From: a virus
Length of the DNA stretch: 64,000 nucleotides
Strand: one strand, 5' to 3'
IMG/VR virus record: IMGVR_UViG_3300012971_000001
Coordinates: 53,451-117,450 of that record
Positions within the stretch are counted from its first letter, which is position 1; every line of letters starts with the position of its first letter. The position numbers were made by a program, and so were the translations under genes. The notes beneath the pieces were generated by a model that did no database searches, was not told the origin of the DNA, and worked only from the letters and a program-made list of their open reading frames with translations. Shown one piece after another: positions 41,442 through 50,760 of this stretch.

Positions 41442-42065
41442 ATGAAACCATCCGAGGTAGCAGTAGCGGTAGAGACCGAACCGTGGCAAGTCCTGCTGAA
41501 GCCGGCCATTGCGGCCTACATGCAGCAGAACAGGCCGAAAAAGAATTCGATTGTCTACGACGAGCATACGCAGGGTACACCGGATCGCGTGGTCAAAGCC
41601 TTCGCCGAATATGTGCGGGGATGCACGGAAGACCCTGCGACTTACTTGGCCAAGACATTCAACGCACACACTTACGATCAAATGGTCAGCGTGCCGAACA
41701 TCCGGTTGATCAGCATGTGCATGCATCACTTAGCCCCTATCATCGGCAAGGTACACTTCGCTTACATTCCGCAGGCCGCGATCGTCGGGCTGAGCAAAAT
41801 TCCGCGCTTCATAGAGGCGCTGGCACGGCGGCCGCAGGTGCAGGAACTGCTGACAGATCAAATCGTCGACACGTTCTACTCCACGGTAGAACCGAAGGGC
41901 TGCGCGGTGCATGTGCGGGCCTTCCATTTCTGCATGTGCGGGCGCGGCGTAGAAGAGCCAGCGGCATATACCGTGACGACGGCATTGCGCGGCTCGTTCA
42001 AGGACCCGCTTACGCGGCAAGAATTTCTGCAATCGTTAGACTTAGACGAGGTGATATTTCCGTGA
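41442..42065 (+). CDS. folE: GTP cyclohydrolase I
   Basis: TPDRV, SMCMHHL, GLSKIPR, RRPQVQE, HFCMCGRGV. Confidence 0.95.
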   Translation: MKPSEVAVAVETEPWQVLLKPAIAAYMQQNRPKKNSIVYDEHTQGTPDRVVKAFAEYVRGCTEDPATYLAKTFNAHTYDQMVSVPNIRLISMCMHHLAPIIGKVHFAYIPQAAIVGLSKIPRFIEALARRPQVQELLTDQIVDTFYSTVEPKGCAVHVRAFHFCMCGRGVEEPAAYTVTTALRGSFKDPLTRQEFLQSLDLDEVIFP

Positions 42066-42496
42066 CAGACATTCCATTGGCCGGGATAGATACTCCCATC
42101 GAAACATCAACGCATACAAATACAAGCTGGACGCCGACTAAGCGGACGACTTTTGTGTTCTGCAACTTCCGGCAAGTCGGCTTTCATCAGTGGGCGGGCG
42201 CACCGGATCAGTATGCCTATCTCCGGTCCAAGCACAGACATGAATTCCACGTGCGGGTGCAGGTGGCAGTCAACCACGACGACAGAGATATGGAATTCTG
42301 CCATCTCAAGCAGATAGCACAGGAAGCGTTCCGAAACATGGGCGTGCCGACTGCAGATGGAAGTCTGATCCTGGGATCACAGTCCTGCGAGATGATGGCA
42401 CGGCGCCTGGGTTCGTCGCTGCAGGCAATGGGCATACAGGCGACGTCGGTTGAAGTGTCGGAAGACGGAGAAAACGGAGCGTTGGTTATCCTATGA
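42062..42496 (+). CDS. queD: QueD/6-pyruvoyl-tetrahydropterin synthase-like T-fold protein
   Basis: GFHQW, HRHEFHV, DRDMEF, SCEMMA, VSEDGENGA; GTGA coupling to folE. Confidence 0.8.
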   Translation: MTDIPLAGIDTPIETSTHTNTSWTPTKRTTFVFCNFRQVGFHQWAGAPDQYAYLRSKHRHEFHVRVQVAVNHDDRDMEFCHLKQIAQEAFRNMGVPTADGSLILGSQSCEMMARRLGSSLQAMGIQATSVEVSEDGENGALVIL

Positions 42497-43566
42497 CGTC
42501 TAGCGTCACCATGACTGGGAAGGAATTTGCAGCCCTGGTGCAGGGTGCAACGAAATTCCCGTCGATTGGATTGTTCGGCGGATCGGAGATGGTGAATTTC
42601 AAGGTCGGCAAGGGATTTGCCGTGTGTACGACGTTGGGTGTCGTACTAGCCAGGGCGGCTGTACCGATCCAAGGTGACCTGCCGTTGATAGCCGTAGATG
42701 AGCGTCTAATCGTACCGTTCGCCAGCCAACACGCCGAGGCAGTCAAGATCGTCATAGAAGCGGACGAGAAAGAAATACGCATCAAAGCTCGCGGGCGGAA
42801 AATCGAAGCCCCATTCAAGGAAGGCACGGAACAGCCGTTCCCCAAGCTGGATACGCAGGGAATAAAAATCACGCCCATGCTTGCAGAGCGCGTGGGCTAT
42901 CTAGCCAACGTAGCGTTCAGCGACTTGTCACGGCCGGATCTGTGTTGTGTCATGGTAGCCCCGGACGGGCGAGCCATGGCTTGCAACTCGCGAGCAATCG
43001 TGGTTCTCAAGTGTCACAGCGGGCATGATAGAAAAATCGCCATGCCGCTACCGCTGGCCAAAGCCCTGGAAAAGGGCTTCACCATTTTCCCCGGCGAGAA
43101 AGAAACGGCCATCAAGAACGGCTACGCGAAATACTGTATGCCGTCACCCGTGCAGGCGCTACAGCAATTCCCCATAGCTGCGATAGACAGCTACTCCCAG
43201 CTTGAATCGAGCACGGTGGCAGTGTTCAAGGGGATGCAGCTGGCGAGAGCAGTTACCGAAGCAGAGGCGTGCATGGGAGCGCTGTCCCGGATGGAGATGG
43301 TGCTAAAGCTGTCGCTGGCAGACGGCAGAGCAGCCATGTCCACGGAAAATGGTGCAGCACGGTATCAGACGAAGATGGGTGCATTAAAGATAACGGCGAA
43401 GGAGTTAGATCTGAATCTTCCGATGGAAGAGATGCTCCGCATAAGTCCGTTTCTCGAAAAAGAAGAAGCAGTTACGGTCCTGATGGCGAAGAGGAACGGC
43501 GAGGCATTTCTCAAGTTCAAGAACGGATGGGCGATGTTTCCCAAATGGGGAGAGAACAAGAAATGA
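42493..43566 (+). CDS. Putative sliding clamp (DnaN-like)
   Basis: 357 aa with three-domain pattern; AFSDLSRPDL..V..MACNSR resembles DnaN A..D..R..L..ATDG; FP motifs; next to the polymerase. Confidence 0.6.
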   Translation: MTSSVTMTGKEFAALVQGATKFPSIGLFGGSEMVNFKVGKGFAVCTTLGVVLARAAVPIQGDLPLIAVDERLIVPFASQHAEAVKIVIEADEKEIRIKARGRKIEAPFKEGTEQPFPKLDTQGIKITPMLAERVGYLANVAFSDLSRPDLCCVMVAPDGRAMACNSRAIVVLKCHSGHDRKIAMPLPLAKALEKGFTIFPGEKETAIKNGYAKYCMPSPVQALQQFPIAAIDSYSQLESSTVAVFKGMQLARAVTEAEACMGALSRMEMVLKLSLADGRAAMSTENGAARYQTKMGALKITAKELDLNLPMEEMLRISPFLEKEEAVTVLMAKRNGEAFLKFKNGWAMFPKWGENKK

Positions 43567-43748
43567 CGCTCGAAGAGGCAAAGACCGATGCGCGGATAGA
43601 TCGACTTACCGCCGACGTGGAATTACTGGTCGAATTAATGAAACATGCCACTACCACGCTGGGCGTGGCTATGCTGTCTTTTCAGAAGGTATGCGACAGG
43701 GCCAACGAGTTACTGCAGAGAGCCAGTGAAGAAAACGGTACAATCTAA
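43563..43748 (+). CDS. Small coiled-coil protein
   Basis: GGAG SD, ATGA overlap; RIDRLTADVELL resembles ORF 35919. Confidence 0.55.
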   Translation: MTLEEAKTDARIDRLTADVELLVELMKHATTTLGVAMLSFQKVCDRANELLQRASEENGTI

Positions 43749-43750
43749 CC

Positions 43751-46678
43751 GTGGGCTTTGACAACCTGTTCCAGATCGAAGGCATACCTGCAGACTGCGA
43801 AGTCCCGCCCCCACAGCGTGAGAAGAAGCCAAAGAAAAAAGACCTGCGCCGCGGCTGCGAGTTCTGCCCACTTAATAAGGTCGAGGGAATAAAGAAGATC
43901 CGGCTGGGGACGATGACCGGGAAGAAAATATGGGTAGTCGCCCAATCACCCGGGCCGGAAGAGAACGAGGAAGAAGAAGAGCTGGTCGGGCCGTCCGGCA
44001 GATGGTGGTGGAAAGAGCTACGGCGTATCGGCATAACGCGGGACATGTGCGACATACAAAATGTCGTGCGGTGCTTTCCGGCTGATCTGGTCGAGGGATC
44101 TTACGATAGCTATCTCAAGATGCGCACACCGAATGCAGAAGAAATCCGGTGCTGCTCACTCTATACAGACGAAGCCATAGCCAAGTCGAAAGCCCCGTTT
44201 GTGCTGGTGCTGGGGCAAATAGCTGCAAAAGCTCTGCTAGCCACGCGGTCGCTACCGAAGCGGAAAATATTCTGGTCTGATAAGCTTAGCGCACGTGTCT
44301 ATCTTTTGGATCACCCTGCATTTTTCATCCGTGGCTATGCGTCGGCCTCCAGGCTGGACGCATTCCGGAAAATACTCGATGAATTCAAGAAGGACTTCGA
44401 AAATGTAGCTGACCGCGATTTATCGGACCAGTTTGCATACATCAAGTCGCAGGACTACCGGCTGGTAGACACAGAAGAAAAAGCGCTGAAGGCCGAGCAG
44501 ATCATCCGCAAGTACGGCATAGTCAAAAACCGTCGCATAGCGGTAGACATAGAAGACCACGACACGACGGAAGGGCACATCGTCAATACCTGCGGCTTTT
44601 CGCCGAAGCCAGGCCTAGCATTCGTGTTCATTTTCTGTCACGCCGAGCAGGAGCGCGGACAGGGTGCCAAGGTCCAGCTTATAGCCAAGCGCTTACTCGA
44701 GAATCCGAAAATAAAGAAGGCCCTGCACTTCGGCTGCAGCGACGACGTGAAGCTGGAAAAATACGCCGGCATCAAAATGCAGGGCTTTGTGCATGACACG
44801 AACAAGTCGGAATATCTCCGGTTCAGCGACGCCAGAGAGTACGGTTTGGACGCCATAGCCGAGCGGCGCTTCCCTGAATTCACGGGCTACAAGTACATAG
44901 TGGTCAACGAGATGCTGGCGATGGTGCCTGACGTCCCAAAACGGGTGCTGAATGGCACTCTTGAGGGCAAATACACCTATCTCGACCGCCATCGCCTGTT
45001 CAACGTCGGCAAACTGTCGATGGAGACACTCCGGCTCTACAACGGAGCCGACTGCGACTTAACCAAGCGCCTGGATATAGACAATTACAAGCATGTCAGC
45101 AAACCGCTGCTTCGCATCTACATGGACCTGAGCTACGTCCTGCAGCGGATGGAGCCGAACGGGCCGTGGTTCGACTATCTGCAGAATAAAAAGCTGGAGC
45201 GGTTGTTCCCCGGCAGAGAGCGAAGGCTGCGCAAGCGCTGCCAGAAATTACTGGGCAACAAAAAATTCAACCCGGGCTCGCCGCAGCAGGTAAATGCAGC
45301 ACTGTTCAACGTGCTGGACTTAGAATATCCGGGGCAGGGAAAGCCCAACACAAAAAAAGGCACGCTGCTGATGATGTCGCGCAGCCATAAATTCCCCGGA
45401 TTAATCCTCGAATGGCGGGGCGCAGACAAAGCCAGCAGCACTTACGTCGAAAGCTACAAAATATGCGCGGACATGAACGACGGCAGGCTGCGGACGTCGT
45501 GGTGGGATACCGGGACTCGCACCGGCCGTCTATCCAGCGGCGGAGGCAAGGCCAAGGGCCGCATCAACTTACAGAATATCCACAATGACCCGCATGTCAG
45601 AAATCAGTGCGTAGCAGATAAGCGCTGGCGGCAGGCTTACAAGGCCATAAAAGAAATATTGACGTGGGCCAAGGATGACGAAGAGGCAGCAGCAGCCATA
45701 GAAAAATGGGTGCAGGAAAATATCCCTGACTTAGAAACGTTTCTCATTCTTGACTACGGGCAGGTCGAAGTACGTGTGGCAGCGCAGTTATCCGGTGACG
45801 AGAATCTGATAGCTGACTGCAAAGAATCCGACATACATACCAAAGTCGGAGCCACGATGACGGGCTGGGACCCGGAAAAGATCAGGAACGATCACCGGAC
45901 CAGGACCAGCACAAAGAATATTCACTTCGCAATTATCTACGGCAGCAACGTCGACGGCGTATATGCGTATGTGGTGTCGCGAACGCCGCCGGACGTAGAA
46001 CCACTCACACGCGAGCAGGTAGAAAAAGCCTTTGTCAGATACTTCGAGCGCTACAGCGGCGTGCGATTGTTCATCGACTCACAGCGGCAGTATGCGATCG
46101 ACCATGGCTACGTCGAAACAATATTCGGGATGAAACAGAATCTGGTGATCAAGGGCCAGGAAAATGGCGAGGATCACAGCAACATAGAAGAAACCGGAGA
46201 AGACGACGGCAGCCGCAGCTCATTCTGGGCAAATCAGGCCGTGAACGGCCCGGTGCAAGGAACAGCGCACCAGCTACTAGAATGCGCTTTGGTTCGCTTA
46301 CATCGCTATCCCGAGAAATATAAGTTGCTCAATGTGCCTGTCATGGACGTGCATGATGCGCTGTATTTTTCGGTGAAAGTGCTCAAGTTACAGCCTGCGG
46401 CCAAGAAAGCAAAATGGTTGATGGAGAAAGGCTCACTAGCTACGGTAAAGTCAGATTTTCCTGACGTCGATTGGAAAGTACCCATTGTGACAGAAGCAGA
46501 AGCAGCATTAACGCTGGGTTGCAAGGTTAAATTGACAGATGATATGACGCCGGGCAAGTATCTCTTGCAGTGGTATCATAAGCGGCGGAAGCAAGATATT
46601 GAGCTTAGAGATGAGTTGGCTAAATTAGATGTCGCGGAGAGTACTCCTACAAACGCGCTTACTGAAACGAATACGTAA
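43751..46678 (+). CDS. polA: Family A DNA polymerase with N-terminal family-4 uracil-DNA glycosylase-like domain and 3'-5' exonuclease
   Basis: CEFC..QSPG..VGPSG..NVVRC..HPA (UDG4); DIE and YNGAD (exo); TRTGRLSS, DYGQVEVR, KNIHFAIIYG, VHDAL (PolA). Confidence 0.93.
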   Translation: MGFDNLFQIEGIPADCEVPPPQREKKPKKKDLRRGCEFCPLNKVEGIKKIRLGTMTGKKIWVVAQSPGPEENEEEEELVGPSGRWWWKELRRIGITRDMCDIQNVVRCFPADLVEGSYDSYLKMRTPNAEEIRCCSLYTDEAIAKSKAPFVLVLGQIAAKALLATRSLPKRKIFWSDKLSARVYLLDHPAFFIRGYASASRLDAFRKILDEFKKDFENVADRDLSDQFAYIKSQDYRLVDTEEKALKAEQIIRKYGIVKNRRIAVDIEDHDTTEGHIVNTCGFSPKPGLAFVFIFCHAEQERGQGAKVQLIAKRLLENPKIKKALHFGCSDDVKLEKYAGIKMQGFVHDTNKSEYLRFSDAREYGLDAIAERRFPEFTGYKYIVVNEMLAMVPDVPKRVLNGTLEGKYTYLDRHRLFNVGKLSMETLRLYNGADCDLTKRLDIDNYKHVSKPLLRIYMDLSYVLQRMEPNGPWFDYLQNKKLERLFPGRERRLRKRCQKLLGNKKFNPGSPQQVNAALFNVLDLEYPGQGKPNTKKGTLLMMSRSHKFPGLILEWRGADKASSTYVESYKICADMNDGRLRTSWWDTGTRTGRLSSGGGKAKGRINLQNIHNDPHVRNQCVADKRWRQAYKAIKEILTWAKDDEEAAAAIEKWVQENIPDLETFLILDYGQVEVRVAAQLSGDENLIADCKESDIHTKVGATMTGWDPEKIRNDHRTRTSTKNIHFAIIYGSNVDGVYAYVVSRTPPDVEPLTREQVEKAFVRYFERYSGVRLFIDSQRQYAIDHGYVETIFGMKQNLVIKGQENGEDHSNIEETGEDDGSRSSFWANQAVNGPVQGTAHQLLECALVRLHRYPEKYKLLNVPVMDVHDALYFSVKVLKLQPAAKKAKWLMEKGSLATVKSDFPDVDWKVPIVTEAEAALTLGCKVKLTDDMTPGKYLLQWYHKRRKQDIELRDELAKLDVAESTPTNALTETNT

Positions 46679-46735
46679 GACGCCAGCAGGCTGCTGGATC
46701 TGGACTGGTCCCAAATATATCAACGTGAGGTAGCT

Positions 46736-47086
46736 ATGGCCAACAAACCCGACACCCAGAAGTCGATAGTCGTCGATGGGATAGTAGCTAGGCGGAACCG
46801 CCAGCCGTACATTCTCCTATTCAAGGGGGATCAGCAAATCGCCCAGTTGACCCTGTCAGAAGCTCGCAACATCGCGAACGACATCCTTATCCAGTGCAGC
46901 CGCATAGAAGCAGATGCCATGATTTTCAAGTTTTTCGAGAAGCATGACCTACCAGAGGGTGCTGCTTCTCAGCTGATGGGCGACTTTCGGATCTTTCGCC
47001 TGGAGTTGGATAAGGATGTAGCTGAGACGTTTGAAAGTGTTCCGTCTGCTGACCAGTTCGACTTTACTAAGAAGAAGCCTCAGTAG
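46736..47086 (+). CDS. Hypothetical protein
   Basis: GAGG SD; 116 aa. Confidence 0.7.
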   Translation: MANKPDTQKSIVVDGIVARRNRQPYILLFKGDQQIAQLTLSEARNIANDILIQCSRIEADAMIFKFFEKHDLPEGAASQLMGDFRIFRLELDKDVAETFESVPSADQFDFTKKKPQ

Positions 47087-47094
47087 GTGTCTCC

Positions 47095-47537
47095 ATGGGA
47101 GCAAAACCGCAGTTCAGTCGCAAGGATCTGGATATCACCACGGCCATGGCAAATTAAAGATGAGGATGCCTGACGGTACGAATGAATGGCAAGCTCATCG
47201 CGCTGCGTACGTTTTGTGGAAAGGGCCTGTACCGCCTGGAAAAATTGTATGCCACGCTAGGGAATGCAGCAATTCGAGCTGCATCTGTCCCGATCATCTG
47301 TATGCTGGCACGCACAAAGAAAATACCGGAGATGCGATGGCGCTAGGCACGATGGTGCTGAATTACAATTTAACGGGCGCACCGCCGCGTGCAAAGCTGA
47401 CTAAATTTCAAGTCCGCGTCATTCGCTGCTTACATAGACGAGGATGGACTTGCTCAGAATTAGCCAGTGAGTTTTGTATGGCGTACGGAACAATTTATTT
47501 ATTGCTTGTCAGACGATCTTGGAAAAATATTCCGTAA
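47095..47537 (+). pseudogene. HNH endonuclease (copy 6), N-terminally deleted/frameshifted
   Basis: SD+ATG 47095 frame stops after 20 aa; the RMPDG..AHR..CICPDHL..RRSWKNI frame lacks the CWLW segment. Confidence 0.7.
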
Positions 47538-47575
47538 TAGCATTGCCCAGATGAATATTCTGTTACCATCAACCC

Positions 47576-48076
47576 GTGACGTCAAAAGATCTGGTCAAAC
47601 GGCTGGCAATCGTAGATCAGAACATCCTGGCAGAAGCTGCAAAGCAGGCGCAGCTTTTCATGGATGCTGCTGAATACCGGGTGGAGACAATGCGGCGCCG
47701 GGCAGAAGCAGTAGCTAGAATAGAGTCGCGCCGTGCTAGCCTGGTCCTGAAAAGGCGGGCAGAAAAAGATGAGCTTGGCAAAAAAGCCACGGAAGGTGAA
47801 ATCAAAGCCTGGGTAGAGTCAAGGAAAATCATCAGCCAGCTGCGTGCAGCAGTAGACCGCGGTTACGAGGAAGAAGAGTTCGGGAAATTAATCCTCGAAG
47901 CCTACCGCATGCGCAGGGAAGCTATCCGGGTTATCGCAGAAGCAGAAAATCTGGGGCTGATGCGCGGTTCCAAAGAAGTAGAAAACATTGAGCAACGCCG
48001 TAAGATGATAGCTAATGCTAGGCAGTTGGAAAACAAGCGTCGTCGGCTGGAACGCGATGCCGATGAATTGGAGTAG
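47576..48076 (+). CDS. Recombination mediator-like helical protein (UvsY-like)
   Basis: KATEGEIKAWV motif; upstream of SSB and RecA. Confidence 0.6.
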   Translation: MTSKDLVKRLAIVDQNILAEAAKQAQLFMDAAEYRVETMRRRAEAVARIESRRASLVLKRRAEKDELGKKATEGEIKAWVESRKIISQLRAAVDRGYEEEEFGKLILEAYRMRREAIRVIAEAENLGLMRGSKEVENIEQRRKMIANARQLENKRRRLERDADELE

Positions 48077-48099
48077 AAAATGACTGAAAGGAGTAATTG

Positions 48100-49440
48100 A
48101 TGGCAGACGATTATAAGACCAGAGCACGAAAGCGGGCGTCAGAGCGCCAGCAGTCGATCTGGATGAAGCTGAAGGAAGGTGACAACACCTTCCGTATCTT
48201 GCCCACGCCGGAGGGAAAGAATTCTCCGAGCATGTTCATCGAGTACAGCGTGCACCGCGACGTAGGTCCGAATAAATCGGTGTTGCGGTGCGGCAAGGAT
48301 CCCACGACCAGGGAAGGCTCGTGCTACGTGTGCGATGTGTACATTCCGCGTATGCAGCGCAAGGGCAAGGAACGCACGGCAGACGCCGTCCGTGCCCGGG
48401 ATGTCCTGGTCATGCAGGTGGCACGGGTTGACGACGAGACAGGAAAGATGACAGGGCCTTTCCTGTGGCAGCCTTCCAAGCGGACGGGCGATCAGGTGCT
48501 TGCTTCCATATTCGGTAGCAAGAAGCGGGATTACACCGATCCGAAAAAGGGCTATAACATCACGATCAACCGTACCGGCACCGGGAAGAACGACACGCGC
48601 TACGGCATGATCGAGCCGGACCACGAGCCGTCCGCAGTAGACAAGGGGCTTATCGCCAAGCTCAAGCCGTTCGACGAGCTGAAAGAAATCCTGGTCTACA
48701 GCGAAGCCAAACAGAAGGCGGCGATCACCGGCACTCCTACTACGGAAGAAGAAGATGAAGAGCCAGTGTCCCGGCCCCGGCGACGCGGCAAAGCCCCCGA
48801 CGAAGAGGAAGAAGAGGACGTGGCAGCAGAGGAGGACGGGGACGAAGACGACGAGGATGACGAAGACGAAGAAGAGGAAGAAGAAAAGCCTCGTAGCGGC
48901 AAAGCCAAGTCCCGCAAGGTAGAAGAGGACGAAGAGGAAGAAGAGGAGGAGGACGAGGAAGAAGAAGAGGAAGAGAAACCGCGTAAGTCGGTCAAGCGCT
49001 CCAGCAAGAAGACCACGACGGTCGAAGAGGAGGAAGAAGAGGAGGAAGAGGAGGAGGAGGAAGAAGAAAAGCCCGTGAAGCGTGGGCGCGGCCGGCCTAA
49101 GAAAGCTGCCAAGGTCGAAGAGGACGAGGAAGAGGAAGAGTCCGAAGACGAGGACGAGGAGGAAGAAGAGGAAGAAGCACCTCCGAAGCGCGGCCGTGGC
49201 AGACCCAAGAAAGCGTCGAAGGAAGAGGACGAGGAAGAAGAGGAAGATACCGACCTCGACGAAGAAGAGGAAGAAGAGGAGGAGGAAGAACCTGCTCCGA
49301 AAAAGACCAAGAAGCCGGTGAAAGCCGCAGCTGCGGAAGAAGACGAAGACGAGGATGAGGAATCGGACGACGACGAGGAGGAAGAAGAAGCGCCTCCCGT
49401 GCCTCCGAAGCCCACTCCGAAACGCCGCGGCCGTCGCTAG
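48100..49440 (+). CDS. gp32-like single-stranded DNA-binding protein with very long acidic tail and AT-hooks
   Basis: GDNTFRILP, CYVC, DPKKGYNITINRTGTG..TRY; poly-E tail with KRGRGRPKK twice. Confidence 0.8.
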   Translation: MADDYKTRARKRASERQQSIWMKLKEGDNTFRILPTPEGKNSPSMFIEYSVHRDVGPNKSVLRCGKDPTTREGSCYVCDVYIPRMQRKGKERTADAVRARDVLVMQVARVDDETGKMTGPFLWQPSKRTGDQVLASIFGSKKRDYTDPKKGYNITINRTGTGKNDTRYGMIEPDHEPSAVDKGLIAKLKPFDELKEILVYSEAKQKAAITGTPTTEEEDEEPVSRPRRRGKAPDEEEEEDVAAEEDGDEDDEDDEDEEEEEEKPRSGKAKSRKVEEDEEEEEEEDEEEEEEEKPRKSVKRSSKKTTTVEEEEEEEEEEEEEEEKPVKRGRGRPKKAAKVEEDEEEEESEDEDEEEEEEEAPPKRGRGRPKKASKEEDEEEEEDTDLDEEEEEEEEEEPAPKKTKKPVKAAAAEEDEDEDEESDDDEEEEEAPPVPPKPTPKRRGRR

Positions 49441-49464
49441 TTTCCACTAACTGAACTTACTCCG

Positions 49465-49491
49465 AGGCAGCTCGCAAGGGCTGCCTTTTTT
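49465..49491 (+). terminator. Intrinsic terminator
   Basis: aggcagct-cgcaag-ggctgcct followed by TTTTT. Confidence 0.85.
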
Positions 49492-49505
49492 GTTATGGTT
49501 ACCCT

Positions 49506-50537
49506 ATGCCAGATGTACTGCCACCGAGGCCACCACGCAAGGGTGAGCCCGTGGTTGCTAAACCGATGAAGAAGGCAACTAACATCCTAGATGTAATCGT
49601 TGATGAAATCAGCAAGAAAAAGGCTCCGCCGTCCAATGGGCATGTCAAAGCTTTTTCGATGGCGGACTTATACGGCGAAATAGAAGACCTGCTGCAGATG
49701 AGCAGCTTCACCTGTCGGCATGACTACTGGCTGGACGTCGCTCCAGAACTAAATGCCGCGTTAGGCTCCCGCACCTCCGGTATTCCGTTCGGCAAGATAG
49801 TCGAACTTAGCGGGTTGGAGCACGGCGGAAAAACCACCATAGCCACCTACATCGGCGGGCTTGCCCAGCAGGCTGATGCAGGCTGCGGTTACATAGACTT
49901 CGAAAATAGTCGTGACAAAGCCTGGGCCGCCAAGCTGGGCATGGATCTAGACAACGTACTGCAGCTATATCCGCGGCTGGAAAAGGCTCAGAAAGCAAGG
50001 CTTGCCCATTTACAAGGTGCAGAAGACATCTTCACGCAGGCTGAGATTGCGATGGACTTACTCCGCCAGAAGGGCTTCAAGAAGCAGTTCTGGATGCTGG
50101 ACTCCATTGCGATGGTAGCTACGCGGTCGCAGATAGAAGCCGGTACGAACGGCAACATGCGCACGAAGGTGGATCGCGCGCATTTCCTGTCCGAGACGCT
50201 TCCGCGGTGGGCTGGGCTAGCTGCCAACTACAATGCCATGATTGTACTTATCAATCAGCTTAGATTGAAAGTGGGGAAGGTATTCGGCGACCCGTTGTAT
50301 TCTCCCGGTGGGAAGGCTCTCGACCATGCCTGCAGTGTCCGTGCCCGTGTCAAAAGGTACAAGGGCGGGTATATCAGGGACCGCGGAAGGATCATCGGGC
50401 TGCAGGGCACAATCACGAACAAGAAAAATAAAACCGGCAACGGGTCGCTGCCGGATGAGAAGTGCGGATTCAAGGTGATCTGGAATAAGCCAGTAGCTAG
50501 ATTCAGCTTTATGAAAGCGGATGACCTGGAGGATTGA
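49506..50537 (+). CDS. recA: RecA/UvsX-like recombinase
   Basis: GIPFGKIVELSGLEHGGKTT, IDFE, LDSIA, INQLR, PGGKAL, KNK. Confidence 0.92.
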   Translation: MPDVLPPRPPRKGEPVVAKPMKKATNILDVIVDEISKKKAPPSNGHVKAFSMADLYGEIEDLLQMSSFTCRHDYWLDVAPELNAALGSRTSGIPFGKIVELSGLEHGGKTTIATYIGGLAQQADAGCGYIDFENSRDKAWAAKLGMDLDNVLQLYPRLEKAQKARLAHLQGAEDIFTQAEIAMDLLRQKGFKKQFWMLDSIAMVATRSQIEAGTNGNMRTKVDRAHFLSETLPRWAGLAANYNAMIVLINQLRLKVGKVFGDPLYSPGGKALDHACSVRARVKRYKGGYIRDRGRIIGLQGTITNKKNKTGNGSLPDEKCGFKVIWNKPVARFSFMKADDLED

Positions 50538-50538
50538 G

Positions 50539-50760
50539 ATGCCTACGCAATTGGAGATGCTGGTCGAAGAGATGATTGCTGTAGCTGGCGGCGGCAGCGT
50601 AGAAAAGCTTCGACAGATGGTCTATGCCTATGCCCCGAAAGGGAAGCAGGATGCAGAGCAGTTCCGTAATTTTCTAAGGCGCCTACGGCTTGCCTGTGAG
50701 GCAGCCGAGGGAGCCGCAGCAGAAACATACGCAATGGCAATGAGAGAGGACAAGACTTAA
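50539..50760 (+). CDS. Small hypothetical protein
   Basis: GGAGG SD; couples recA to the clamp loader gene. Confidence 0.6.
   Translation: MPTQLEMLVEEMIAVAGGGSVEKLRQMVYAYAPKGKQDAEQFRNFLRRLRLACEAAEGAAAETYAMAMREDKT

Noticed and set aside
41483-42061. 337-aa ORF overlapping folE
   Set aside because: Only the portion from GTG 42062 is QueD-like; the upstream part is an off-frame shadow
48696-49415. Poly-Ser ORF on the minus strand
   Set aside because: Antisense of the GAA/GAG poly-Glu tail
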